A program made the position numbers and the translations under genes. A stretch of 34,991 bases of DNA. Origin: Octopus sinensis (Eukaryota). Below the pieces are notes generated by a model. It saw only the letters and a list, made by a program, of their open reading frames with translations. It did not search any database and was not told the origin of the DNA. Location of the stretch: contig NW_021836250.1 of NCBI RefSeq assembly GCF_006345805.1, forward strand, positions 1-34,991. Reading direction: 5' to 3'. Below are positions 11,290-22,348 of the stretch, piece after piece (the stretch's first letter is position 1; each line of letters begins with the position of its first letter).

Positions 11290-11563
11290 ATCAAAACCAA
11301 TGGAAACTGCAGTTGTGATCCTGAGCCGGTGGCACATAAACAGCACCATCTGAAGGTGGCCGATGCCAGTGCTGCCTCGACTGGCTTCTGTGCTGGTGGC
11401 ACGTAAAATGCACCAATCCGATTGTGGCCGTTGCCAGCCTCGCCTGGAACCTGTGCCGGTGGCACGTAAAAAGCACCCACTACACTCACGGAGTGGTTGG
11501 CGTTAGGAAGGGCATCCAACTGTAGAAACACTGCCAGATCAGACTGGAGTCTGGTGCAGCCTT
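11290..11563 (+). mobile_element. RTE 3' UTR fragment
   Basis: Homologous to 34370-34650 (CAATGGAAA.TGCAG, GGTGGCACGTAAAAAGCACC, AGGAAGGGCATCCA). Confidence 0.85.
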
Positions 11564-11569
11564 TAGTAT

Positions 11570-11588
11570 TTTTATTATTATTATTATA

Positions 11589-11659
<71 letters not shown>

Positions 11660-11710
11660 CATCATCATCATTTTTATTATTATTATTGTTGTTGTTGTTG
11701 TTGTTATTAT
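11570..11710. repeat. (ATT)n/(ATC)n/(GTT)n microsatellite
   Basis: Direct inspection. Confidence 0.9.
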
Positions 11711-12142
11711 TCATTTTGTTCTTCTTGTACAAGTACGTGTGTATACATTATTTTATTTATTTTATTCAATTTTAGAAAAATTAAAGCATGTCTTTGACAA
11801 TTCCGGGATGTATTGAACTTATTTAGTGCGTGACTTTTGGCCCACCCTCTTTCAAAAGAAGCGCTATATGGAAGCATATATAACGAAATAACTAAGTTCA
11901 TTAATTAATTAATTGACTTTATACATAGGGCTTCTGATGAGATTAATAACTTAGGAGCTTGTGGCTTCGTTAGTGACGTCAGATACTATATTATTTAACA
12001 GATGTATTCATTTTGAAAGTTAATAATATTGATTAATTTTTTTTTTTCTTCACATATGGTCCTACTTAAATGAGGTTTTTGTTAACATGTTTATGTGTTG
12101 CCTTGGTGTCAAAACTACAGCAACTGTTCTGCTAAATATTCT

Positions 12143-12625
12143 TTTCTACTTTAGGCACAAGGCCCGAAATTTTGGGGGAGGAGGCTAGTCGAGTAGATCG
12201 ACCCCAGTATGCAATTGATACTTAATTTATCGACCCCAAAAGGATGAAAGGCAAAGTCGACCTCGGCAGAATTTGAACTCAGAACGTAAAGATAGAAGAA
12301 ATACCTATTTCTTTACTACCCACAAGGGGCTAAACACAGAGAGTACAAGCAAGGACAGACAAACAGATTAAGTCGATTACATTGTCCCCAGTGTGTAACT
12401 GGTACTTAATTTATCGACCCCGAAAGGATGAAAGGCAAAGTCGACCTCGGCAGAATTTGAACTCAGAATGTAGCAGCAGACGAAATACCTTTTTCTTTAC
12501 TACCCACAAGGGGCTAAACACAGAGGGGATAAACAAGGACAGACGAACGGATTAAGTCAATTACATCGACTCCAGTGCATAACTGGTACTTAATTTATCG
12601 ACCCCGAAAGGATGAAAGGCAAAGT
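12143..12625 (-). mobile_element. Head-to-tail trimer of 5'-truncated SINE B copies (one B2, two B1)
   Basis: GGATGAAAGGCAAAGTCGACCT occurs three times (about 12242, 12426 and 12610). Confidence 0.85.
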
Positions 12626-13020
12626 CGACCTTGGCCACCATGCTCATCACTTCTCCCTAGTTCTTGTCCACTTGGAGGTCCAAGCCAAACCAGACCTCGA
12701 GCAATTTAACCTGTCCTTCTGTCCAGTGCCCTACAATGCTGTCGGTTGGCATGCATCTTCCTCTCCAGGTGCCGAGCTGCAGGCTCATCGACATATTCTG
12801 ATTAATTTTTGCTCCTGTCACTGCTTCGTACTCCCTTAAGATAGTGCTGAATACCTTGATTTCCGAGCTGTCCGACACTATTACGGTGACGTCGTCCTCA
12901 TAAGCCGATACAAATCTTCCACATCCAAGATCACGCAGGATGCCCCTCGAGATAGCCAGCTTCCTTAGTAATGGAGTGAGAGCCATATCACGTACAGGAA
13001 GAGTGAGAGAGAGAAGAGAG

Positions 13021-13071
<51 letters not shown>

Positions 13072-13440
13072 GGAGGGAGAGAGTGGGCATCCTTGATGAA
13101 CCAAACGAGCGATGCTAAACGAGTCCGAAAAGATGACCGTTTACTTTGACCACCGAACAGATATCACTGTACATTGCAGCGATCCAACCTCTGAAGATGG
13201 GGCCGAAACCGGCCACCCTGAGGACAGCCTCCACCTGTTGATGGTCAACATTGTCAAAAGCTTTTGATTGATCCAAATTGATCTGGGCCTCACCCATGCC
13301 AGCTTCCTTCCTTACTCTCTCCATGATGTAGCGCGTGAGATGGAGGTTGTCATGGATAGATCTTTTCGGGACAGCGCATGTCTGCGTGTCACCGGCCAAC
13401 CTGATGACGACAAGCGCCAATCACTTGGCTAACACCTTGA
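12626..13440 (-). pseudogene. L1/Tx1-clade RT internal fragment, interrupted by (GA)n
   Basis: Peptides TCAVPKRSIHDNLHL, NLDQSKAFDNVDH, HQGCPL, SAYEDDVT and GAKIN. Related to the element at 18494-21422. Confidence 0.9.
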
Positions 13441-13733
13441 ATAATAATAATAATAATAATAATAAAATAATAATAATAATAATAATAATCCTTTCTGTTA
13501 TAGGCACAAACTGCTAAATTACAGGGACGTAAACAAACCAACACTAGTTGTCAAGCATTGATGGTAGACAAACCTAAACGAAGAAACATAAACTCACACA
13601 CTCACACACATACATGAATGCATATATGTATATATATATATGTGTGTGTGTGTGTATAGAATTTAACGTATGATAGTGTCTCATAAAGTGAGATTTCTAT
13701 ATATCTTAAATTTGCAGAGGAATTTGTGGTGTG

Positions 13734-13808
13734 GGCAGTTTAGCTTAATGGTTCAGAGCACCGTGATGCGTAATCACGGAGGTGTGAGTTCGAGTCTCAT
13801 AGCTGGCT
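13734..13808 (+). tRNA. tRNA-like cloverleaf (Thr-CGT-like; tRNA pseudogene, SINE head or atypical Pol III gene)
   Basis: Acceptor GGCAGTT/AGCTGGC (one mismatch, one G:U); D stem GCTT/GAGC; anticodon stem CCGTG/CACGG with a 9-nt loop centred on CGT; T arm GTGAG-TTCGAGT-CTCAT. T6 run at 13817-13822. Confidence 0.5.
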
Positions 13809-13976
13809 GCCAACACTTTTTTCTGCAAAATAGGGGTAGCTTATCCTCTTCAGGCTATATTATTAGCATTATCCTGTGTCTGAGAATTTAAAATCACTTC
13901 TTTAACTTTCTAAGACATCTCAATGCTTCTAAAGCAATCTTCGTTTGTTTGTTTACGTTCATCGTGATTTGAATTT

Positions 13977-14012
<36 letters not shown>

Positions 14013-14047
14013 ATACATATATATATATATATATATAATATATGTAT

Positions 14048-14215
14048 GACGGGCTTCTTTTAGGTCCCATCTACAAAATCCATTCAGAAGGCTTTGGTTG
14101 TCCCAGAGCTCTAGTAGAAGACATTTCCCCAAGGTGCCATGCAGTGGGATTGAGCCAGGAACCATGCAGTTGTGAAACAACCTTCTTCTTAACACACAGC
14201 CACACCTGTATACCT
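14048..14215 (-). mobile_element. SINE A, diverged 5' half
   Basis: Reverse complement of the SINE A head and core. Confidence 0.75.
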
Positions 14216-14711
14216 AAAATTATGTATAAGAGTTACACATTTCTGAAGAATCGGTAATGCAAATTGTATTATGTAATTCATATTATACGACAGATAATCA
14301 ATTTTTGTTAATGAGATATGCGTAAGATGACGTAACTAAATATTTTATAAACAAACTCACCTTGTTTTCTATCTTTCTGTTTGTCTTTTGGTTTCTCTGT
14401 TGTCTGTCTCTCTGTGTGTGTGCTCACAAATGCACACATACACACATACACACATGCGTGCATTTGTGTCAACATTTCAGCAAGGAAAGATTTTTAAAAA
14501 AGTCTGTTCGTTATTTGGCTTGTCACGTCTTGAGTGAGCGGACGTTGTTTACTTCCGGGACATTTTCGAATGAACGTTTGTTTGCCGACTTCCTGTTAAT
14601 CAATCAAGTTTTTTTTTCTTCATATTTATAATTATTCCATTGTCATTATTCATCAAATGCAATTTATTACTGGAAAGACATTTTAAAAGGAAAACTCTAT
14701 TATTATTGTGG

Positions 14712-15097
14712 TGGTAAGTAGCTTGTTTACCGACCACATGGTTCCGGGTTCAGTCCCACTGTGTGGCATCTTGGGCAAGTGTCTTCTACTATAGCCTCGG
14801 GCCGACCAAAGCCTTGTGAGTGGATTTGGTAGACGGAAACTGAAAGAAGCCTGTCGTATATATGTATATGTATATATGTATGTGTATGTGTTTGTGTGTC
14901 TGTGTTTGTCCCCCTAGCATTGCTTGACAACCGATGCTGGTGGGTTTATGTCCCCGTTACATAGCAGTTCGGCAAAAGAGACCAATAGAATAAGTACTGG
15001 GCTTACAAAAGAATAAGTCCTGGGGTCGAGTTGCTCGACTAAAGGCGGTGCTCCAGCATGGCCGCAGTCAAATGACTGAAACAAGTAAAAGAGTAAA
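14712..15097 (+). mobile_element. SINE family A
   Basis: Near-identical to 2039-2436 and 8697-9080. Confidence 0.9.
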
Positions 15098-15138
15098 AGC
15101 ATATACTTGCCATCTCAATATGTCTAACCACTAAGGGT

Positions 15139-15293
15139 GGGTGTTACTGTAGCTTGTAGCCCCAGGAGAACATCGTCTCCAGCAGGCTTTAGGCACACTT
15201 TCTGTGCCCTTATGGTATTTCTGTGCACCTAAAGTGTGCCTAAAGCCAGCTGGAGACGATGTTCTCCTGGGGCTAAAAGCTTCAGTAACACCC
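15139..15293. mobile_element. Palindromic MITE-like hairpin
   Basis: Arms 15139-15201 and 15231-15293 are reverse complements with few mismatches, around a 29-nt spacer. Confidence 0.85.
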
Positions 15294-15411
15294 ATATTGA
15301 GATGGCAAGTATACCTCACATTGTCGTGCAATTACTGTTTATACCTCGTTCAGAGGTTTATTATTGCTCTATTATTATTATTATCATCATTACTATTATT
15401 ATTATTATTAT

Positions 15412-15940
15412 TGAGTGAGAGAGCAGTGCATGCCATCAAAGTGACACTGGGGTAAAATATACGAAGCCCAATATACCCATCATGACTACCCGTCTGATAA
15501 GGGAACACTAGGCACATGCATCATAACCATATGTGCGCAACATGGGGATCTCATATCAAGATAAACACACATGACCTTGCAGGTGGGGCCCAGTTAGAAT
15601 TTTTTTCTGGTCGAGTAACCCATCCGCTCAAAGGTCCTTGAATAAGGGTTTGTTTAAGGATGTTGAACGAAACAGCTATGTTTCCAGAGGTGAATTATTC
15701 AAACTCCATAGAATCCCTCTCAACACATGGCTATGATGCTCCCCCACTACTTCTGCTCGTGATCAGAGATGCACATATTGTCAGCCACCAAGGGACATGC
15801 TCAACTGGTTACGGTCAAACAACTGACAAGCAAATCTGTGGTATTGAGCAGAATATTTGCTGTATCCCATCTTTTATACCAAGTCAATCAGTTAAAATCA
15901 GAAGCCATGAGAGCCACTGCCTGGTACTGCATCAGGGCGT
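15412..15940 (-). mobile_element. ~530-bp non-coding dispersed element flanked by (ATT)n (family X, copy 1)
   Basis: Reverse-complement copy at 29156-29743 with the same ends. Confidence 0.85.
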
Positions 15941-16469
15941 TTATTATTATTATTATTATTATTATTATTTAATTTATGCACAAAAGATCAGACTGTTGAA
16001 AAATCCTAACATCAGGCTACAATAAATAACCTTAGATGCCAAGAACCTTCCTATAGTAGAAGGCATTTGCCCCTAGGTGCCACACAGTCTCCGTCAACCA
16101 AATTCGCACACAAGGCAATTGTTGGCCCAGGGCTATCGAAGAAGACACGCAATGCGACTGAACCCGCAATCACATGGCTACAAAGCAAACTTCGTAACCA
16201 CACAGCCATACCTAAACCTATATAGTCATAGCTTTTTAGCCATTGGCACCAAGGCCATGCTGGGGCAGCCGGCTTGTGTGATTGGAGACGGTATTAATCA
16301 CGTAAGCGAAGCAAGTATTTGTTCTGTAAACAGAACAGCAAATTGGATTCTGGGAACGGTAAATATTTGTTGGCGGAGAACTTGTACCATGGTGGATCTT
16401 ATCGTACTACCATGATGTGCTCAGAATCCACAGCTGTAGATGCACGTGTGTGTGAGTGTAAGTGTGTGC

Positions 16470-16686
16470 AGGTATGTATGTGTGTGTGTGTGTGTATGTA
16501 TGTGTATGTATATATATATATATATATACATATTTATAATGTATGCTTGAATATATGTGTGTGTGTATATGTGCATAAATATATGATGTATATTTGTACG
16601 TATCTGTGTGTATATGTGTATGTATATGAATAGTATATGTCTGCATAATTATTCCTTTAACCTTTTATACAGCTCATCCTTCTCTT

Positions 16687-16764
<78 letters not shown>

Positions 16765-16765
16765 C

Positions 16766-16798
<33 letters not shown>

Positions 16799-17250
16799 AT
16801 ATGTATATATACATATACGCATATGTTATCCAATCACATTAATATCTATCTATCTATCTATCTATATCATCATCATCATCAAAGCGGACGCTAAATGATG
16901 ATGATGATGATGATGATGATATAGATAGATAATAGATAGATAGATATGTGATTGGATACATATGTCTATGCGTATATGTACATGTATATGAGTACATATA
17001 TATGCACGTTCACATATTTGTGTATATATGTATATATATTCATTCATATATATATAGATAGATATATATACTGTGGTAATAAATATATATACATATATAT
17101 ATATCTATATCTATATCTATCTATCTATCTATATATATATATATATATATATATACATGCATACATGCACATGTATACATGTATACATACATACATATAT
17201 ATATATATATAAATTGTGTTAATAATAATTTGTCATTCAACCTCACAGAC
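16470..17250. repeat. Compound microsatellite field (TG, CT, TA, ATC/GAT, GATA) including a tiny RTE tail remnant at 16873-16921
   Basis: Direct inspection; AAAGCGGACGCTAAATGATGAT matches the RTE 3' end. Confidence 0.85.
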
Positions 17251-17469
17251 ACAAATTCTCTTATCAGACAGACATATTATTGACATTCTTTGTATTTTTC
17301 CTTTTCTAATTATTTTATTATTTTGGCAAATAAATCAGGCATTAGATCAGGTGTAGAATATATATATATATACATGCATATGTGTATATGTGCACACATA
17401 CACATGTATGTAAAAATATGTGTACATGTATATGTATGTATATATGTATGTGGTGAATCCTGGTCTTCG

Positions 17470-17785
17470 CTTACCGGGACGGTGTGAGAAACAAAAGAAG
17501 AGGTGATAAGAAGAGCTGGTATGGGAAGTCTGCCAATGTCTGGCTATGAGCTTTGATTGCAGCAGGTCAGACAAGCGACCGCCATGATGGACTGGATGCA
17601 GAAAGGAGGGAAAAGGCCATGCGTAAGACCACAGAAGACGCGGTGTAGTACGTTTCGCGATGACATGATAGAAAAAATATGTAGTAGGGTCGATTGGGTC
17701 TAAGAGGAAAGCAAGCAATTGAGGTGTTTGTAGAAGGATGGTTACCCATAGGGCTGACAGTATTGGTGGATCTAAGAGCTAAGAC
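17470..17785 (+). pseudogene. Degenerate C-terminal fragment of a second RTE-clade LINE
   Basis: Translation from 17584 gives MMDWMQKGGKRPCVRPQKTRCSTFRDD, resembling the RTE C-terminal W.P.GKR.RGRP.KTW...D motif. Confidence 0.55.
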
Positions 17786-17801
17786 ATCTATCTATCTATC
17801 T

Positions 17802-17932
17802 ATAACCTACGCCACTTTTTTTCTTTCTTTTATATTTTGTTTTTTTTTTGTTTTTTTTCATCCCACAAAAGAAAAGCTCTACCTTGTAATTTGTCCCATC
17901 TGTGTGCAGCCCTGTGTGGCCAATAAAGAAAC
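17802..17932 (+). mobile_element. Tx1-family 3'-end fragment
   Basis: AAAAGAAAAGCTCTACCTTGTAATTTG...AATAAAGAAAC is shared with 21357-21422 and 21733-21798. Confidence 0.85.
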
Positions 17933-17961
17933 TTATCTATCTATCTATCTCTCTCTCTCTA

Positions 17962-18018
<57 letters not shown>

Positions 18019-18040
18019 GTCTATCTGTCTGCCTGTCTGC

Positions 18041-18087
<47 letters not shown>

Positions 18088-18095
18088 ATCTATCC

Positions 18096-18132
<37 letters not shown>

Positions 18133-18140
18133 ATCTATCC

Positions 18141-18188
<48 letters not shown>

Positions 18189-18197
18189 CTCCATCTA

Positions 18198-18246
<49 letters not shown>

Positions 18247-18254
18247 ATCTATCC

Positions 18255-18319
<65 letters not shown>

Positions 18320-18379
18320 GCTAGCTAGCTAGCTAGCTAGCTATCTATCTATCTATCTTATCTATCTATCCATCTATCC

Positions 18380-18444
<65 letters not shown>

Positions 18445-18452
18445 ATCTATCC

Positions 18453-18493
<41 letters not shown>
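17933..18493. repeat. (ATCT)n / (GATA)n microsatellite
   Basis: Direct inspection. Further tracts at 17786-17801, 21423-21688 and 21800-21932. Confidence 0.95.
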
Positions 18494-18495
<2 letters not shown>

Positions 18496-21422
18496 GCATC
18501 CGACGTTTTGTCGCATCCGACGTTTTGGTCGCATCCGACGTTTTGGCGGCGAGGTTGGCCCTCGACCAACACTTCAACGCCAAACACGAAGGATGTGCTG
18601 TCAGAGCTAGGATGCGTGCTCTAAGGAACGAAGGTGTTGGAGCCGCGAGAGAGGCCCGGGTGGCAGAGGCGCAACAGGGCAACAAAGCCACCATTCGGTC
18701 ACTGGTAGATGAACAGGGGCGCGAATTGCTCGAGCCAAGTAAAATGTGTGAGGCCTTTCAGCAGCATTTTGCCCGACTGTTCGGAACGAGTGGAGGGCAA
18801 GAACGTAGGGTGGACTTCAGTGCCTACTACATAGCCTACCACGACTCTCGACAAGAAAGGCAGGGTGCTGCGAAGGTGCCATCACGGCGGCGGAAGTGCG
18901 GGAAGCGATGGCAGAATGCTCGAGGGACAAATCACCGGGTTTGGATGGTCTACCCTACGAGCTTTACAATTGTATGCCAGACTTGTTTGGAGATCTCTTG
19001 GCGGCGGTGTACTGCAACTGGCAGCAAAACGGGAGCATTCCTGGTTTTGTGAGCCGAGGAGCCGTAACACTGCTGAAGAAAGATCTAAACAAGGGAAATG
19101 TAATAGATAACTTTAGGCCCATCACTCTGCTTAATGCAGACTTGAAAATTTTGGCCAAGGTGCTAGCCAAGAGGTTGGCGCTTGTCATCGAGAAACTGGT
19201 CGACAAGGCGCAAACATGCGCCGTGCCAGGCCGGACCATCCATGACAACCTCCATCTGATGCGCTACATCATAGACAGGGTAGTTAACGAACCTGGCATG
19301 GGTGGGGCCCTGATCAACTTGGATCAATCAAAAGCCTTGATAGGGTAGACCATCGATACTTGGAGGCAGTCCTGAGAGCGGCTGGTTTCGGTCCCGTCTT
19401 CCGCGGCTGGATAGCTGCCTTGTACAGAGGCATCCGTTCGGTAATTCGCGTAAATGGACATCTATCGAGACCTTTCGACATTGCACGTTCGGTCCGTCAG
19501 GGATGCCCCCCTCTCGGCGTTCTATACGTATTGACTCTGAGCCACTACGCGGAAGCTGGCGACTCTAAGGGGCATCCCGCGAGAATTGGGATGCGGGACG
19601 AGCGTGTCTGCATACGCGGACGACGTCACCGTCATAGTGTCTAGCCACGAGCACATCGAGCTGGTCGGCGAGACACTGAAAACTACGAAGCGGTGACAGG
19701 AGCGAAAATCAACGGGAAAAGTCAGTGGGCTTGCGACTAGGCACCTGAGAAGAAGCAAGCCCATGCCGTCCACCAGCGCCTCCGTCGGGGGGGCTGGACC
19801 GACGGCCCGGTTGAGTTGCTCGGGGTTGGTTTGGTCCGGACCTCCAAGTGGAGAAGAACTGGAACGAGATAACGAGTAGGGTGGTCACTCTCGCCCGGCA
19901 ATGGGCCGAGAGGAAACTGTCCCTAAAAGGTCGAGCGGAGGTGGCGAACACGTACATCGCGTCCGTCATCTACTACCGCCTGACCGTCGTACCTTGTCCC
20001 GACCCTACCATCACCAAACATACACGCATCCTCTTTCGCTTCTTGTGGAAAGGATGCGTCCCGATGGTCAGGCGATCCATTTGCTGTCAACACCCGTTAA
20101 AAGGAGGGCTGGGCATGCCGTGGTTGATGATGCGCAGACACGCGCTGAGACTGCGACATCTCTGGCTATGTAGACGACGGTGAACAGGTGTGGTCGCCGT
20201 TTGTGAGGCACGCTTTCCCGGCTCGTCTCCATGACCGAACTGCAGTCGTGGATCAAAAAGAGGCCGAGGAAGGGCGAATGGCACCGCGAGTGTCGCGTTG
20301 CTCTCAAGCAACTCTGCCGTCCTGGGTCGACCTTAAGTGACTTCAAACACAACCAAAGCATTCTATAGGGGTTTAGTGGAGGAGGGGAGGTACGACGACG
20401 AGCTCGGGGCGAACCTGGACGTCGACGAGGAGTACCTGACCCGCCCTGTTCGGGACGACTTTCGGGAGAAGGCCAGGGCAAGATGGCCAACTTCCAGAGA
20501 TCCCTGGCCTGGCAGTGCTACCGAGAAGCCGCTACGGACACGGGCGGGAGAGACAAAACACGGCTCGAGAACACCGACCTGACCGGCCCGAGATGCGGTC
20601 AGAGCGACGAAACCGTTCTGCACGCACTCGTTCAGTGTCCAACAATTTTCCGACCGACTGTGGGCTTATGGCGAACAACTGCTGTCACGTGTGGGACGAG
20701 TCGTTTATCAGCTGAGTCTATCGTCAATATTGTCACGCCTCCTTCCTTCAAACGGGAAGGAAGAGCTATTTTCATCATCCTTGTGGCTATGGCGAAAGAA
20801 TGTATCTGGTGGACGCGTCTGAAAGGATTGGAGACAAAACACTTTCCTCTCTGGTCAATCTTCATCAACTTCTTCAAGTACCACTGAAAAGGAAAGTGAG
20901 AGTAGAGAGGCAAGTTTTGTCTAGCGAATGTTTTAAAAAAAGATGGGTGAATGTAGCAAGAATGGCAAGTATGAATGACGAAGCCACTTGAGCATAGTCC
21001 TATGAACCCAGAAATCGAAAACAGAGAGTTGTTATTTGCAAAAAAAAAAAAAAAAAAAAAAAAAAGAAAATTATAAAATGTGACTTCATTGACCGAGGGT
21101 ACGTGGTCTTTTCCCAGGCTTTTCTTTCCACGGGTAAACCCACCTGTCCTCCCTTACACTTCATATTGACATTTCTGTGATAACGATCCCTATTGATCAT
21201 TTTTCTTTCCTCTCCCCCCCCCCTTTTTTTTTTTTTTCTTTTCCTTTTTTTTTTTTTTTACCCCCCTTATTTTTGTCCCCTTCTCTCCTTTACGATCCCT
21301 TTTGATCGAACCTCCCCTTCCTTTTTTTTTTTTTTTTTTTTTTTTTTAATACCTTCAAAAGAAAAGCTCTACCTTGTAATTTGTTCTATCTGTGTGCCAG
21401 CCCTGTTGGCTAATAAAGAAAC
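18494..21422 (+). mobile_element. 5'-truncated L1/Tx1-clade LINE: frameshifted ORF2 (RT, CCHC-type C-terminus) and 3' UTR
   Basis: KSPGLDGLPYE, FRPITLLNADLKILAK, LDQSKA, SVRQGCP, YADD (19613-19624), and (C)PRCGQSDETVLHALVQC at about 20585-20638. The endonuclease domain is absent. Confidence 0.95.
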
Positions 21423-21500
21423 ATATCTATCTATCTATCTATCTATCTATCTAGCTAGCTATCTATCTATCTATCTATCTTATTATCTATCCATCTATCC

Positions 21501-21552
<52 letters not shown>

Positions 21553-21571
21553 CTCCATCTATCTATCTATA

Positions 21572-21621
<50 letters not shown>

Positions 21622-21629
21622 ATCTATCC

Positions 21630-21688
<59 letters not shown>

Positions 21689-21691
<3 letters not shown>

Positions 21692-21798
21692 TTTTTTTTT
21701 TTCCCTTTTTTTTTTTTTTTTTTTAAACCTTCAAAAGAAAAGCTCTACCTTGTAATTTGTTCTATCTGTGTGCAGCCCTGTGTGGCTAATAAAGAAAC
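21689..21798 (+). mobile_element. Tx1-family 3'-end fragment
   Basis: Same 3' terminus as the long copy, between (ATCT)n tracts. Confidence 0.85.
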
Positions 21799-21837
21799 AT
21801 ATCTTATCTATCTATCCATCTATCCATCTATCTATCT

Positions 21838-21909
<72 letters not shown>

Positions 21910-21960
21910 GCTAGCTAGCTAGCTATCTATCTAACGGATTTTATATTATATATATATAAA

Positions 21961-22167
21961 ATGTGACCATGTGTGTACCGTTGGCGATTTCTTTTCCTCC
22001 GTCTTCCCTTCCTTGGATCTTTCCTTTTCCTATATTTCTGATAAAGAGCTCCGCTCGAAACGTTAAATCCTCCTTCTTACTTTCCTTTCCTGAGCATCCA
22101 ATAACACTATACTTGTTCCACGTCATCACGTTGTGTTTTCTCTTTGTGTTTTCATGTTTGGATTAAC
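21961..22167 (+). mobile_element. Family H1 short element, copy 2
   Basis: Homologous to 6864-7070; (TA)n on both sides. Confidence 0.7.
22034..22068 (+). ncRNA. Minimal hammerhead-like motif (G8A in this copy)
   Basis: ATTT-CTGATAA-A-GAGC-TCC-GCTC-GAA-ACGT-T-AAAT; stem I ATTT/AAAT. Confidence 0.5.
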
Positions 22168-22289
22168 TATATATATATATATATTGGTTAAAATGGTAAG
22201 ATAACAAAAGAAAGAAAGGGACCTCAATATTATGTAAATAGAGGAAATTTATCTGTAAATTAATATGTGACAATTATTCAATAGCCAAG

Positions 22290-22348
22290 ATAAAACTCTG
22301 AGTTTCGGATGCCGAAGTGGAAAACCGCAACACCATCTCTTCGGTTAT
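22290..22348 (-). ncRNA. Hammerhead-like motif, third type (tentative)
   Basis: Minus strand: ATAA-CCGAAGA-GATG...CATC-C-GAA-ACTC-A-GAGT-T-TTAT, with stems I, II and III all pairable. Confidence 0.35.

Noticed and set aside
16320-16390. VNRTANWILGTV resembling the CR1 ANRILG motif
   Set aside because: Too short and without flanking RT motifs.
21040-21065. Poly(A) run as the Tx1 element end
   Set aside because: The 3' terminus shared by three copies lies ~350 bp further on (21422), so the run is internal to the 3' UTR.
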